A DNA stretch of 64,000 nt from Bugula neritina (GCA_964035545.1 OZ037766.1:12762722-12826721), one strand, 5' to 3'. Shown: positions 14,123-24,788, counted from the first letter of the stretch. A program made the numbers and translations. The notes: generated by a model not told the origin, from the letters alone.

Positions 14123-16005
14123 CTAAGGACGACGGCCATTAAGTAGTAAAACATTCATATCTGTCATACAAGCATTTATCCATCCTGCAGCTTCTTCAGT
14201 AGAAGACTTTGAACATCCATCAGGTCCTCCATCATGCAGTCTGATATAGTCTGCACAAGTCAGTTCTGTTAGTGGTTTATTCAACTGTTTAGCACATCGT
14301 TCACCATACCTGCTGAAATATGCTTTCATGCATTCCTCAGAGCACTGATCATCTCTTGCACACTCTGCAAACCCTGCAAATAGAAAAACTGGAATAACAC
14401 GAGTGTAACATCTATAGTTAATAGGTCACATATTATAAGTGTGAATAATGCTAGCAATTAGTACTGTAAAACGCAATATCTATGCATGTTATCAATTTAG
14501 ATATGTTTAGTAATTAGAAGAATATACAACTAGTTTATATATATTAAGTTTGTAAAATGGAAGAAAAACTGTATGCCCCAAGTTGCTTGTTTTTTTATGC
14601 ATTAAAATGTGTCAGATCATTTTATTATTAGCTAAAATATTGAAATATAAGAGTTTAGACTGCAGTTTTAAAGAGTTGCTACATTTTAACAAAAGTATTT
14701 TTATTAAAAACGTTAAATTGGCTTTACTAATTTTGTGGCATGCAGCATAATCTATACTTAAAATTGCCAAAATATTTTACTTTACCAATTATAAAGTATA
14801 TTGACTTTTAAATGTCTCCACAGAGCCTTGTACCATATTTTAAAGTTAAAACATCTAGCAAAATTTGTTTAAAATTGTCAAAGTCCTAAATGTGGAAAAA
14901 GTTGATCAAAGATTATAAGTATTTCTCTTGGTTAGCTATTCTTACAAATATCATGTTATATCAAAATACTTTTACAAAAGTTTATTAACACGTTTATTAG
15001 AATGAATTCAATATACATGATCATTTTTCCATCTGAATTGATTGAAGGAACCTCAAAAAATCAAACCATGAATTTATTAATAGTTTTATAACACTCTATC
15101 AGCTTAAATTGAGTTCTTTTAAATACACTAAATAAAAAATCACACAATTTTATAGTCGCCATCCTTGTGAGAAACCCCTGATGGAAACGAAAGGGTTTTT
15201 GTTTAAGCAGGTTAAGGACTTGCTTTAGATGAGACAGAGGAGCTGATGCTCTTCCTAACATCACAAATGGCCTTTGTCGGGTTCGAACCCATGACTTCGT
15301 GTTCACAAAGCAAACGCTTTAAACCCTAGACCACAGCTGCTCCCTCTTTAAATACATTAAATACTAAATACTACTTTAATATATTAAATCTAATCAACTG
15401 CACCTACTACAAATAAGGTATTTAAATTATAACTTAAAAAGTTTTTGAAAAATAAACCTTGGTGCTTAAAGCATATACCATGCTTGTTTGTATTTTCAAC
15501 TAATACTGTTAGTACGGTCAGCCATTGCTATTTTCGAGTTAGACAAATAGTCATACTTTTGAAAACTCCAAGTTGTATGCAACATGATAATTCTTCAAGT
15601 AGTATGAAGCAGCTTTACGATTAGTAAAGTTCAACTCACCCATTCCTTTTTGACCACAAGCATGCCAGAAAGGTTGTGTGATTATGTAATTTCCACAAAC
15701 ATAACTGCCATATTTCCAGCTGCATCTGTTATCACCATCTTTACGCTGCATGTCAGAAGCAACAAAATTAGGCAATCATCACGATGCTATATTGATTATA
15801 GATATATAGACATGGCTACATCAGTATTTAAATAGTTTATTACAATTTATAGCATTTTTGTTCAATAACAAATTGAAATAATCATCTTTAGGCATATTCC
15901 TTATCATACCTGTCTTAAACAGCTGAGACAATCATCAGGCAGTATCTGAGAAGTTACTAGTCCAACAGCCAGACATAATATTACCAGAGAATTTCTTTTT
16001 CTCAT
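14123..16005 (-). CDS. i-type lysozyme-like paralog L6 (HDGG subfamily); exons 16005-15910, 15745-15640, 14373-14123
   Basis: MRKRNSLVILCLAVGLVTSQILPDDCLSCLRQ|RKDGDNRCSWKYGSYVCGNYIITQPFWHACGQKGMG|FAECARDDQCSEECMKAYFSRYGERC...HDGGPDGC...ACMTDMNVLLLNGRRP*. Confidence 0.92.
15134..15345 (-). mobile_element. tRNA-derived SINE, family A
   Basis: Minus strand begins GGAGCAGCTGTGGTCTAGGG (box A)...GGTTCGAACCC (box B), then core GATGTTAGGAAGAGCATC and a T-rich tail. About 10 diverged copies in the window. Confidence 0.85.
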
Positions 16006-17567
16006 TTTATCCAGTATAGTGCAGCTTCCAGATCTACTCAAGTGTGAACATAACAATCAGAAAATTATATTATAGAACAGATCTGTTGATCATTTTAAAT
16101 AATTAGGCATTTGGATTTTATGTAAATATAATATTCATAATGTTTATAGCAGTTTCAATAGCTCATCATGTTTTTATTGTAAAAATAAGTTACAATGACA
16201 ATTCTATGTAAAACAATGAATGAGCTAAAAAGGTAAACTTAGATGTGTACAGTAAAACTTTGAATCAAATTAGTAATGACACATTTGCTTACCTGTAATG
16301 CAAAGGGGAGTCACAGCAGAAGAGGAATGATGTAAGTTAAGGAAACAACACACAGATGGTACATAATGATTGAGAGACAAATAACAATTAAGTACTGTGT
16401 TTACTGGTTATCTTGATGATACCTTGATGTGATATGCAAGATGATTATATGTTAAGTACATATCATTAGGTAACTGGTTGACTTGCTATAACCCAATCAG
16501 CTACAATCTATAGTTAGAGTATTTAAAGGATTTTCTGCAGATTCCAGGATAATTCTGGTGTGTCAAGTGGAATCTGCAGCTATTTTAGTTGGCAGAACTC
16601 AGGTTCCGTGCAAAAAACTCTGTTTATTTGTGGGGTCATTTTTTGAGTTACTATAAACAAGCATTCTATATACACTGGATTTCCATTACTTTACATCATT
16701 CGAATGAATGCCATAAATGCATTTGTGGTCCTGTTTAAGTAAGAACTTATGGTTGTGCATGGTTGTAGTAACTGTTTCCAAAAATTAAGTTGCATAATTC
16801 AATCTTGGAAACCAGTGCTAGGCTCTAATTGTCTAATATAAAACACATAATTTACTCCGAAGTTATATATTGCACCTCATTTGTAATTTATAAATGAACA
16901 GATACAAAACAGACTGCCAGATATATAATGATATAAGTGCATCATATAATATTTCTATAAATGCTAGTTGTAGTGCAACAAATCTGTAATTATGGGTGTT
17001 TCATAAATGATTAAATATAATACAGATTGCTATTTATATACTATGCGTATCATATAATATAACTATAAATGCCAATTATAGAGATTTTATTTCAACTCAT
17101 GTTTTTATAAATAAATATTTAGTTATCTGATTACAAATTTCATAAGACTGTGTAAAATAATAACAGCTCTATAATTGAAAGGTTGGATATTTAATACAAA
17201 GTTGGCTCTGCATGCAGCACTACAATAACAGGTATTAGATAAACTGCCAACATTTGCATCACATTATATTAATGCAATTCTTTCTGCAAGCTTACCATCT
17301 GAAAGGCCACTCCTTTAGTGTCCACAACATAAATTTTAGTGTCCGTAATCAGATAAAGTTACATTCAATCTTCAGCTAAAAGGTAAGTCTCTTGTGTTGT
17401 TCAAAACATATATAACAGCTTATATAATTAACAGAAAATTGATTTGTACTGTTTACAAAAATAGATAGTAAAAATAATTTGTGTGCAAGAAATTGAACAT
17501 ATTTTTGTGTAACTGTATAATGACATGACAGCCAAAATATGTTATTCAAAATATTTGACAGAAAAGG

Positions 17568-19013
17568 ATGGCGAAAATATACATAGTATGTTTGGTATTG
17601 ATGGTGATTCTTAAACTGGTAACTTCCCAGGTACTGACTGAACAGTGCTTCAGCTGCATTAGACAGGTACTGTGTATTTGAACAGTTCATTAGATAAGAT
17701 TGCTATAATATATTCATCCATATTTCTGCAGCTGAATTGTTAAGTTCAGCATCAAAAGCTGTATTATTACTAGAATATTAAAACTTTTTTTCAGTATAAA
17801 AGTACAGGTAGAAGCAACAGGTGCGGTGCGAACATCTTAAATTTAGGAAACGCCTCTTGTGGCAGATATGTCATCTCAGAAGCTTTCTGGGGTGCATGTG
17901 GTAGACCAGGATCTGGTAAGCAACTAAATTATTCTAACTAAATTTGGAATGTATTTCAATTACAAGTTTTAAAGTTTTACTTATTCCTAATTATGGCATT
18001 TAAAATGGTTAAATATATAGCAGTAGACGTTTTTAAATTGCTGGCACTTCATCAACTTTAGCTTTAGTTTTTGATGCTCATTATAGTTTAAAACTCTAAC
18101 ATTCATATTTCGCTTCACACATAAAACTATATAAACCTAAAAGTAAAATATTCTTATTTTAATAATGGCAAATCATCATGAGCTAGTTGATATAGTTTTC
18201 ATATCATAAGTTGGGTGCATACAGTCAGGGTTTGATTCTGCATGTTTTAGTAATATATTACATATTAGTAACATCTTATTACATATTAGCAGTACCGTAT
18301 TACATTTTATAAGCAGCATTATATTACATATTGCTGGCATCATATATTACGTATTACTATAGTAAACTTTATGAAGAAGTTATCAATCTATTTTAATCTG
18401 AGATCAGAGGCACTGTGAATGTTACCTAATAGTTTTTATATAAGTATTTTATGCAAACCAAAGAAGTGTTTACTGCAGCTAAGTGGCAAGCTTACAAATT
18501 TTAGTGAATTTTAGACTCAACAACATCTTGAAGTTAATTTATTACAAACCAACTTTAAAGAATGAGCATTGGAAATTAAAACAACACATTTCGTAACAAG
18601 TTACGCAAACAAAATACTTTTGTAAATGCTCTGGTGCAAAAATTATAAGATATGAGCTACTCTTTATTCAACAATACAACTTACATGCACACACGCACAC
18701 ACAACACACACGCACACACACAACACACACGCACACACACACACACGCACACTGAATACTATAAAGTATCATTGAATTGTTGTTTTGGTTTACAGGATTT
18801 GGGAGGTGCACTCGAGATGATTGGTGTGCTGAGAAGTGTATGCAAGTATATTTCACCAGATATGCTTCTCGATGTGCCAAAAAACTGAAAAAGGAGACAT
18901 ATCAGCTGACATGTGGAGATTATATAAGAATGCACAATGGTGGACCTGATGGCTGTGCTCAAGGAAGTACAAAGGATGCTGCGAAAGAAGTAGATCATTG
19001 TATGGCCAATTAG
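17568..19013 (+). CDS. i-type lysozyme-like paralog L7 (HNGG subfamily); exons 17568-17666, 17795-17915, 18796-19013
   Basis: MAKIYIVCLVLMVILKLVTSQVLTEQCFSCIRQ|YKSTGRSNRCGANILNLGNASCGRYVISEAFWGACGRPGSG|FGRCTRDDWCAEKCMQVYFTRYASRC...HNGGPDGC...HCMAN*. Probable non-coding first exon ends at AAAG|GTAAGT ~17382. Confidence 0.93.
18686..18752. repeat. Imperfect (CA)n microsatellite in intron 2 of L7
   Basis: Visible CA tandem tract. Confidence 0.9.
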
Positions 19014-20383
19014 AACCAATAAAACAATGGTTTGCAACTTGCTATAATAGCGGAAATGTTATTAAACACATTTGCTTGGCTTTAGTTTTAAGTTTGCAAT
19101 GTATGAAGGTTTTTCTTTTTCTTAACAGTAATACTTAATCACCTGCTTAAAGTTCTTGTATGCTTGAAAATATGTAGGATTGATTTATCCATTTAAATAA
19201 AACAAATGTTCAATTGGTGTGAATTTATTATTAAAAAATATATTTATCAGCTAGTTATCAGGCTAGTTTAGCAATTACATCTATATTAACTTCTTGTTGA
19301 CCAATTAAATGGTAGATTATTTATATAATGCCCATAGTCATGGCTTTAAAAACATGAGGTCAGTAGTTCGAATTCAAACACTAGCCGTGATGTTAAAAGA
19401 AGCATCCGGTCATGGTTGTTCCAGTGTGACACTAAACAATCTTTAGTTTGCTTTAAAAGACTCCTTCATCTGGGGTTTTTACAGAGATGGTGACTATTAT
19501 AGCCATGTGAGTTTTGAATTCTCCATCAAAATATATCTTTCAACATACAAAGTAGTTTGCAATTTATATACGGAATATAATTTCATACTTGTGTACCTTT
19601 AGGCACTGAGTTCAAATATTTCTATTTTAGAATATTAACAAGCTTACTTTGAACTCTTGACTATTTCAATCATTAGATTGAGAAGTAAACATGTTATATA
19701 ATTGAAAAAAATAATTGCAAGTAATACCTGCAAGATAAGTTTGCTTGCAATTTCAACCCCATTTCAATTTTCTTTCCTAAACTTGTCTAAGCTCCATAAC
19801 GAAGCCTGGCTAAAGTAAATTTTCATAGAAAGTATAATAATGTGAGTAGTATGAATCAGCATTGATACACTTCTTATACAGCTGCTAAGCATTAGTAATC
19901 TGCATAAGTTTGAATAGAAAAAGATCTTAAGAGTTGCACTGCTGGATATATCCAGATTAGGTTTTATATAAAACTAAGCAACAGGGGCTAAGCTCTTGCT
20001 ATCAATATGTATAAAGCACTGCAGTTTCATAAGTTTGTCTCTATATAGATTCAGCCAATACAGGTTGCATAAATTAGGCAAGTATTCTAATTACTTCATT
20101 CGTAGGCTTTTTACTTGACTTGATAAAGTTTTAATTGATTTGTTTCGGCAAAACACTTTACAATCAAAGTTGAAGTTTAAATGTTTTTGTAAATATATTA
20201 TTTTTTTAATTTGCATAATTTATCATACTAAATATTTATTATAACTAATGCAGTATGAGTATTGTATTATATTGTATTTTATGCATATGAACATAAACAC
20301 ACACAATCGTATCATTGGCAATCCGCAAAAAAATCAATTTTGTTTTTTTAATAATAAATAGGTTAATCAGCTGTCACAAGAAC

Positions 20384-21570
20384 ATGGGTAAAGCTCTCTT
20401 CCTTGTAATACTGTGTCTGACTGTTGCTCTGGTAACATCTCAGTTACTGACTGAGAAGTGTCTCAGTTGCATCAGACAAGTGAGTCATTCAAAATTCATT
20501 TATTTCTTATTTCCTATTTCTTACTAAATTGATTGTTTAAGATAAAGAATAAAGTTTTAACAGCTCTAGCATAATCTAAACTTATCTCATTCAAACAACT
20601 GTAGGCTATAGTTGTGCATGCCCGTCCAAAATATTTAGTTTTATACTATTTTCATGCAATTAGCTTATATATTAACAGAAAAAGAATGGCCCAACTGAAT
20701 GCCGCTGGGCATCTGGTCACCTGTCTTGTGGAAAGTATTTTGTCTCAGAAGAATTTTGGGTTGCTTGTGGCAGCATAGGATATGGTGAGTGCATTGTAAA
20801 TTATACTGTTTTATGTCATTAATACTCTAAAGAAATAAACATTTTCCCATCACCTCCATTAGGTACGCAGGTATATATCTGAAAAACAATAATCTTCACT
20901 TCTCAATTCTTATTCATCTCCTTTAAACACTGATGTTTTATAGCTTTGCCTACATTGCATTTACTTGGCATGTTTTTTTAAAATCTTTCTGCACATTTCG
21001 AGAACATTTAGTATAACCAGCCCAAGAGATCTAAGCTGAGCACCCAATTGGTCATGGTATATCTTGCTAAATGAAAAACACTACAAGCCTGTTCAATTCA
21101 GTGTCATTGATGGTTCATATTTATTTATTGGTAATTCAATTTATTTCAGTAGTTTTATGAATGCAACCAATACATTTTGGTAGCCTGAAGTTATATTTTC
21201 ATATCACTGCCACTATCACTTTTTGAATGGATGTAAAGGTTTTTGCACTCTATGTGATTAATTGTAAAAGTAATAGTAAATAGTGAATTGTAGAGTGTTA
21301 TGTCACGTTGACTTTCTGGCAGTGCTAGTTTCAGCATAGCAGTTCTACTTTGCAGGATTAAAAGAGTGTGCCAATGATGATCAGTGTGCTGGGCAGTGTA
21401 TGAGGGCATACTTCAGTCGATATGGTGAAAGATGTGCCAAACAACTGAATAAAGAGTCATACCAGCTAACTTGTGGAGACTACATAAGACTTCATGATGG
21501 AGGACCTGATGGTTGTTCTAGATCAGACACTTTAGCAGCTTCTGAATCAATAGAAAGATGCATGGCATAA
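20384..21570 (+). CDS. i-type lysozyme-like paralog L8 (HDGG subfamily); exons 20384-20479, 20679-20784, 21356-21570
   Basis: MGKALFLVILCLTVALVTSQLLTEKCLSCIRQ|KKNGPTECRWASGHLSCGKYFVSEEFWVACGSIGYG|LKECANDDQCAGQCMRAYFSRYGERC...HDGGPDGC...RCMA*. Confidence 0.92.
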
Positions 21571-22523
21571 GATCTTCACTGCATTTTCATTGCTTCAAAT
21601 GGACTTTATAGATGCTCATAAGAAAATGGATTTCGGGTTACAGTTTGCCTTAACTTATGGTTCGGGGTTCTTTAATTGACCTGTCCCTAAGCATATAAAA
21701 AATCCATTTGCAAAGCAATGGGAACTAGTGCATAATATATTCATCTCATTTTAACTAAAAATGAGAGCTTTTAATCATAAGGCTGTTCATTATTGAAATA
21801 CCCATGCACTAGTTATAAATGTATAAGTTAATCATAACAGTGTTATCAGTCAGTAGCCTACTGATTGCCAACACTAAACTGCCTGTTCCTTTTTCACTTG
21901 ATTAACTTTGTTAATAATTTTAACTACCGTGTTGCATTTCTTGTCAGTTCTGGAAAATGACTATTCTGTTTTGGTGTGTAATATTTAAGCAAGTTTTCAT
22001 TATAGCTATATATTAGAAAGCTGATACTTGGCACATCCACACAATAAGAAATTGTCATCTGGTGGAGATGCTCTATGTTTTTAGATATGAAATACATTTA
22101 TTCTTCCACTAACTTATAGTCTTCTAGTGATTTTCTAAAGCTTAAAAACTAAATAACCATCATGTTCAATTATAATATATGTAAAGTTAATAATGAAAAA
22201 AAAAACTATACAGGTTTTACTATAGTGTGATAAAAGTAATGTCACAAGTACCACTTAAGTGTTGCATGAACAACCAATAGGGCAACAGCACATAAACTGG
22301 CTGGTTAGTGCTGTCTTCTCCCAAGTAAGTCATTTATAGATTTATAGAAGAAAATGATAAATAAATTATTGAATAAATATCATTGATTGATGAAAAGAGT
22401 TTGCAGAAGTTTATGATAGAATTTTCTGCACTGCAATATTAAACCAGACCCTAATATTCTGCAGGCTGCATGCATACAATAATTATGATGTAATATAGAG
22501 GAATAGCCAATACTGTGAAAATA

Positions 22524-22598
22524 GCTGTCCCTACTAGGAGTCGGAATGCAGTCGTCTAACATGCAAGCTAGCGTACTACCCATTACTCAATGGGGGAG
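22524..22598 (-). mobile_element. tRNA(Ala-TGC)-like SINE head, family B
   Basis: Reverse complement CCCCATTGAGTAATGGGTAGTACGCTAGCTTGCATGTTAGACGACTGCATTCCGACTCCTAGTAGGGACAGC; homologous to 23955-24030. Confidence 0.55.
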
Positions 22599-22838
22599 GG
22601 GGGGTGGTGCTACTGGGAAATTTTAGCATATGGCAAATACATATACTGCTGTGTTTATTTAGTACTCTATATATAAATTAAATTTTCCTTCAACTAATAG
22701 CTGTCTTATTATCAACGACCTGCTACCAGGACAGTGAGAAAAGTCACATTGCAGATAACTGTGATCACCCATTAGCGGATAGGAATAAAGATACAGTGCA
22801 GATTATTTCATTCCTTTGTTAAACATCAGCTTGAAAAC

Positions 22839-23782
22839 ATGAATAAAATATTTATTTTTATGTTCCTGTGTGTGGCTCTTGAGGTGTCAACTACTCAAGC
22901 TGCAGTGTCATCCTCATGTCTTGATTGCATTGGAAAGGCAAGGAATCGTGTGATTTTTCTCTGTGGTTGGACAAATCAGATGCAAGCCTGCAGCTTTCTC
23001 AAATATAGCTTTGGCTCTAAAATACGTTAAGTTTCGTAATGGAAAATGTTTTAACTGTTCTACAAACTTAAATTTTATGCTAAAGATATATAATTAATCT
23101 AAAGCTAAAATTAATTTCTATTTGTAGCCAACAGTAAAATGTATACATATAACTATATAATGACTCTATTTAAATAGGAAAATCTATTAGCATAAGTAGC
23201 ACATTATTTCAATTTTATATCAAACATAAATTCTTTTTTTTTCTATTTTAATGTTATTAATTCGTTATCATGTCATATTTTTAGACTTTGTACTGCATTT
23301 TCGTAGATCGAAGGAGGCTCAAAAGGTTGCAACTGGGATGTTGGCTCATATTCCTGTGGCAAATACCAAATCAAAAAGCCATATTGGTTGGACTGCTACA
23401 GCCCAGGATCTAGTAAGTAAATAATATAAGGTAATACTGTTGTAGAACTTAAGACTGCTGACTATCAGATTGCAAAAATATCCTTTAATAAGGAAAAATA
23501 GATAACTGTCAAACATTTTATTACGAAGGCTCATTTTATAAACTTGAGAGTCTATGGATTTCAGGCTGGGAGTCGTGTGCTGCTAATGAAGAATGTTCAA
23601 GAAGATGTATGGTGGCATACCTCAACAGATATAAGTCTCTCTGTGCTAGAGATTTGGGTAAAAGTGCATCCAGCCTAACATGTGAAGATTATGGAAGATT
23701 ACATAATGGTGGTCCAGCTGGATGTAGAAAAAGTGCAACTCTATCTTATGCTACTAAGATGCGAAGAAGTTGCAATATTTAA
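22839..23782 (+). CDS. Canonical i-type (invertebrate/destabilase) lysozyme L9; exons 22839-22937, 23307-23412, 23565-23782; intron 1 is GC-AG
   Basis: MNKIFIFMFLCVALEVSTTQAAVSSSCLDCIGK|IEGGSKGCNWDVGSYSCGKYQIKKPYWLDCYSPGSS|WESCAANEECSRRCMVAYLNRYKSLC...TCEDYGRLHNGGPAGCRKSATLSYATKMRRSCNI*. Retains catalytic Glu (IE) and Asp (WD), SCGxYQIK, YWxDC and HNGGPxGC. Confidence 0.95.
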
Positions 23783-23954
23783 TATGCACTTTCAAAGAAT
23801 GTGATTTTTATCAACACTGCACATTGGTGAAATAACAGATGTGCTGATATTGTGAAAAAAATTTCAGCTTTGCTTACCATCACAATTAAATATATGATTT
23901 AATGAATTGAATCTATCATACAGGTTTTTAATTGTGGTCTAGTGATTTCCCTGT

Positions 23955-24030
23955 AGCCCCTTCATTATAGTGAGTAACACTCCAGCTTGCAAGTTAGAAG
24001 ACAGAGGTTTGATTCCTAGTAGGGACAGTT
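23955..24030 (+). mobile_element. tRNA(Ala-TGC)-like SINE head, family B
   Basis: GCCCCTTCATTATAGTGAGTAACACTCCAGCTTGCAAGTTAGAAGACAGAGGTTTGATTCCTAGTAGGGACAG with degenerate A/B boxes. Confidence 0.55.
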
Positions 24031-24483
24031 ATGTTGCAAACATATTATTATACTCTCATAAACATATGAAAATGGTTTAACAAAGTGTTAGCTGCTGTAT
24101 AATTTAAAATATTCTTGCTTAATGAATGTTTGGTGCGTGAAAACACAACAACTGATTTCAAAACTTTGTTTGTTTTTTTCAAAGCTGCGTTTATGTTTTA
24201 GACTCACAAAATTTAGTTAAACATAAATAAGTTAGCAAATACTTACATAGAACTGATGCCAAGGAGAGGACAACCATTATTTTCATGGCTAAAAATTTAA
24301 TTAAACATACATAAATAGAGATAGTCAAATGGTGTATTTTTATCAGAATAGAACTTCATGTATGTTAACGTATAACTTGCATTATATATAATAGCAGTGA
24401 ATAATTAGTATTATTTATGTTATGCAAAAATTCAACAGCCATTTATAAAATATTTAATACCAATTACTTATCATGACTCATAT

Positions 24484-24788
24484 CGTTATGATTTTCAGAT
24501 TTAGGGTCGATGTGCAACCAAGAGAGTCTATTTATTACTAGAGAAACTTCACCGAAATAAGTCGAGTAGATATCGTTATATTTGAATACAAGAATACATA
24601 ATAAAATCTAATATACAACAGTAATAATACGCACGTCTATTTAATTTACAGCACTATCCTCAACTGAGCTAGTAGCGCGAAGCTGCTACTATTACTCATA
24701 AGCAGCTTAGCTAATTGGCTAGTACATCGTTCCGGGTCAATACGCAACCTTGCGTATTGTGTTGCTGGTAGCTCTACGAGCCACCACA
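24484..24788 (-). repeat. 3' LTR (terminal CA reads CG)
   Basis: Direct repeat of 31637-31941. Confidence 0.97.

Noticed and set aside
15270-15345. tRNA genes (also 22524-22598, 23955-24030, ~32400-32480)
   Set aside because: A/B boxes are present but stems do not pair, and the heads are attached to repeat bodies or degenerate: SINE heads.
2926-19037. Recurrent ORFs such as 2926-3228, 4147-4332, 6077-6325, 7411-7593, 11328-11606, 17376-17690 and 18759-19037 that look like their own conserved family (IVHSYIIST, YQFKNHHQYQT)
   Set aside because: They are antisense shadows of the lysozyme exons; their similarity follows from the opposite-strand genes.
22615-22624. NF-kB-like site GGGAAATTTT upstream of L9
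   Set aside because: Lacks the terminal CC of the consensus; likely by chance in AT-rich DNA.
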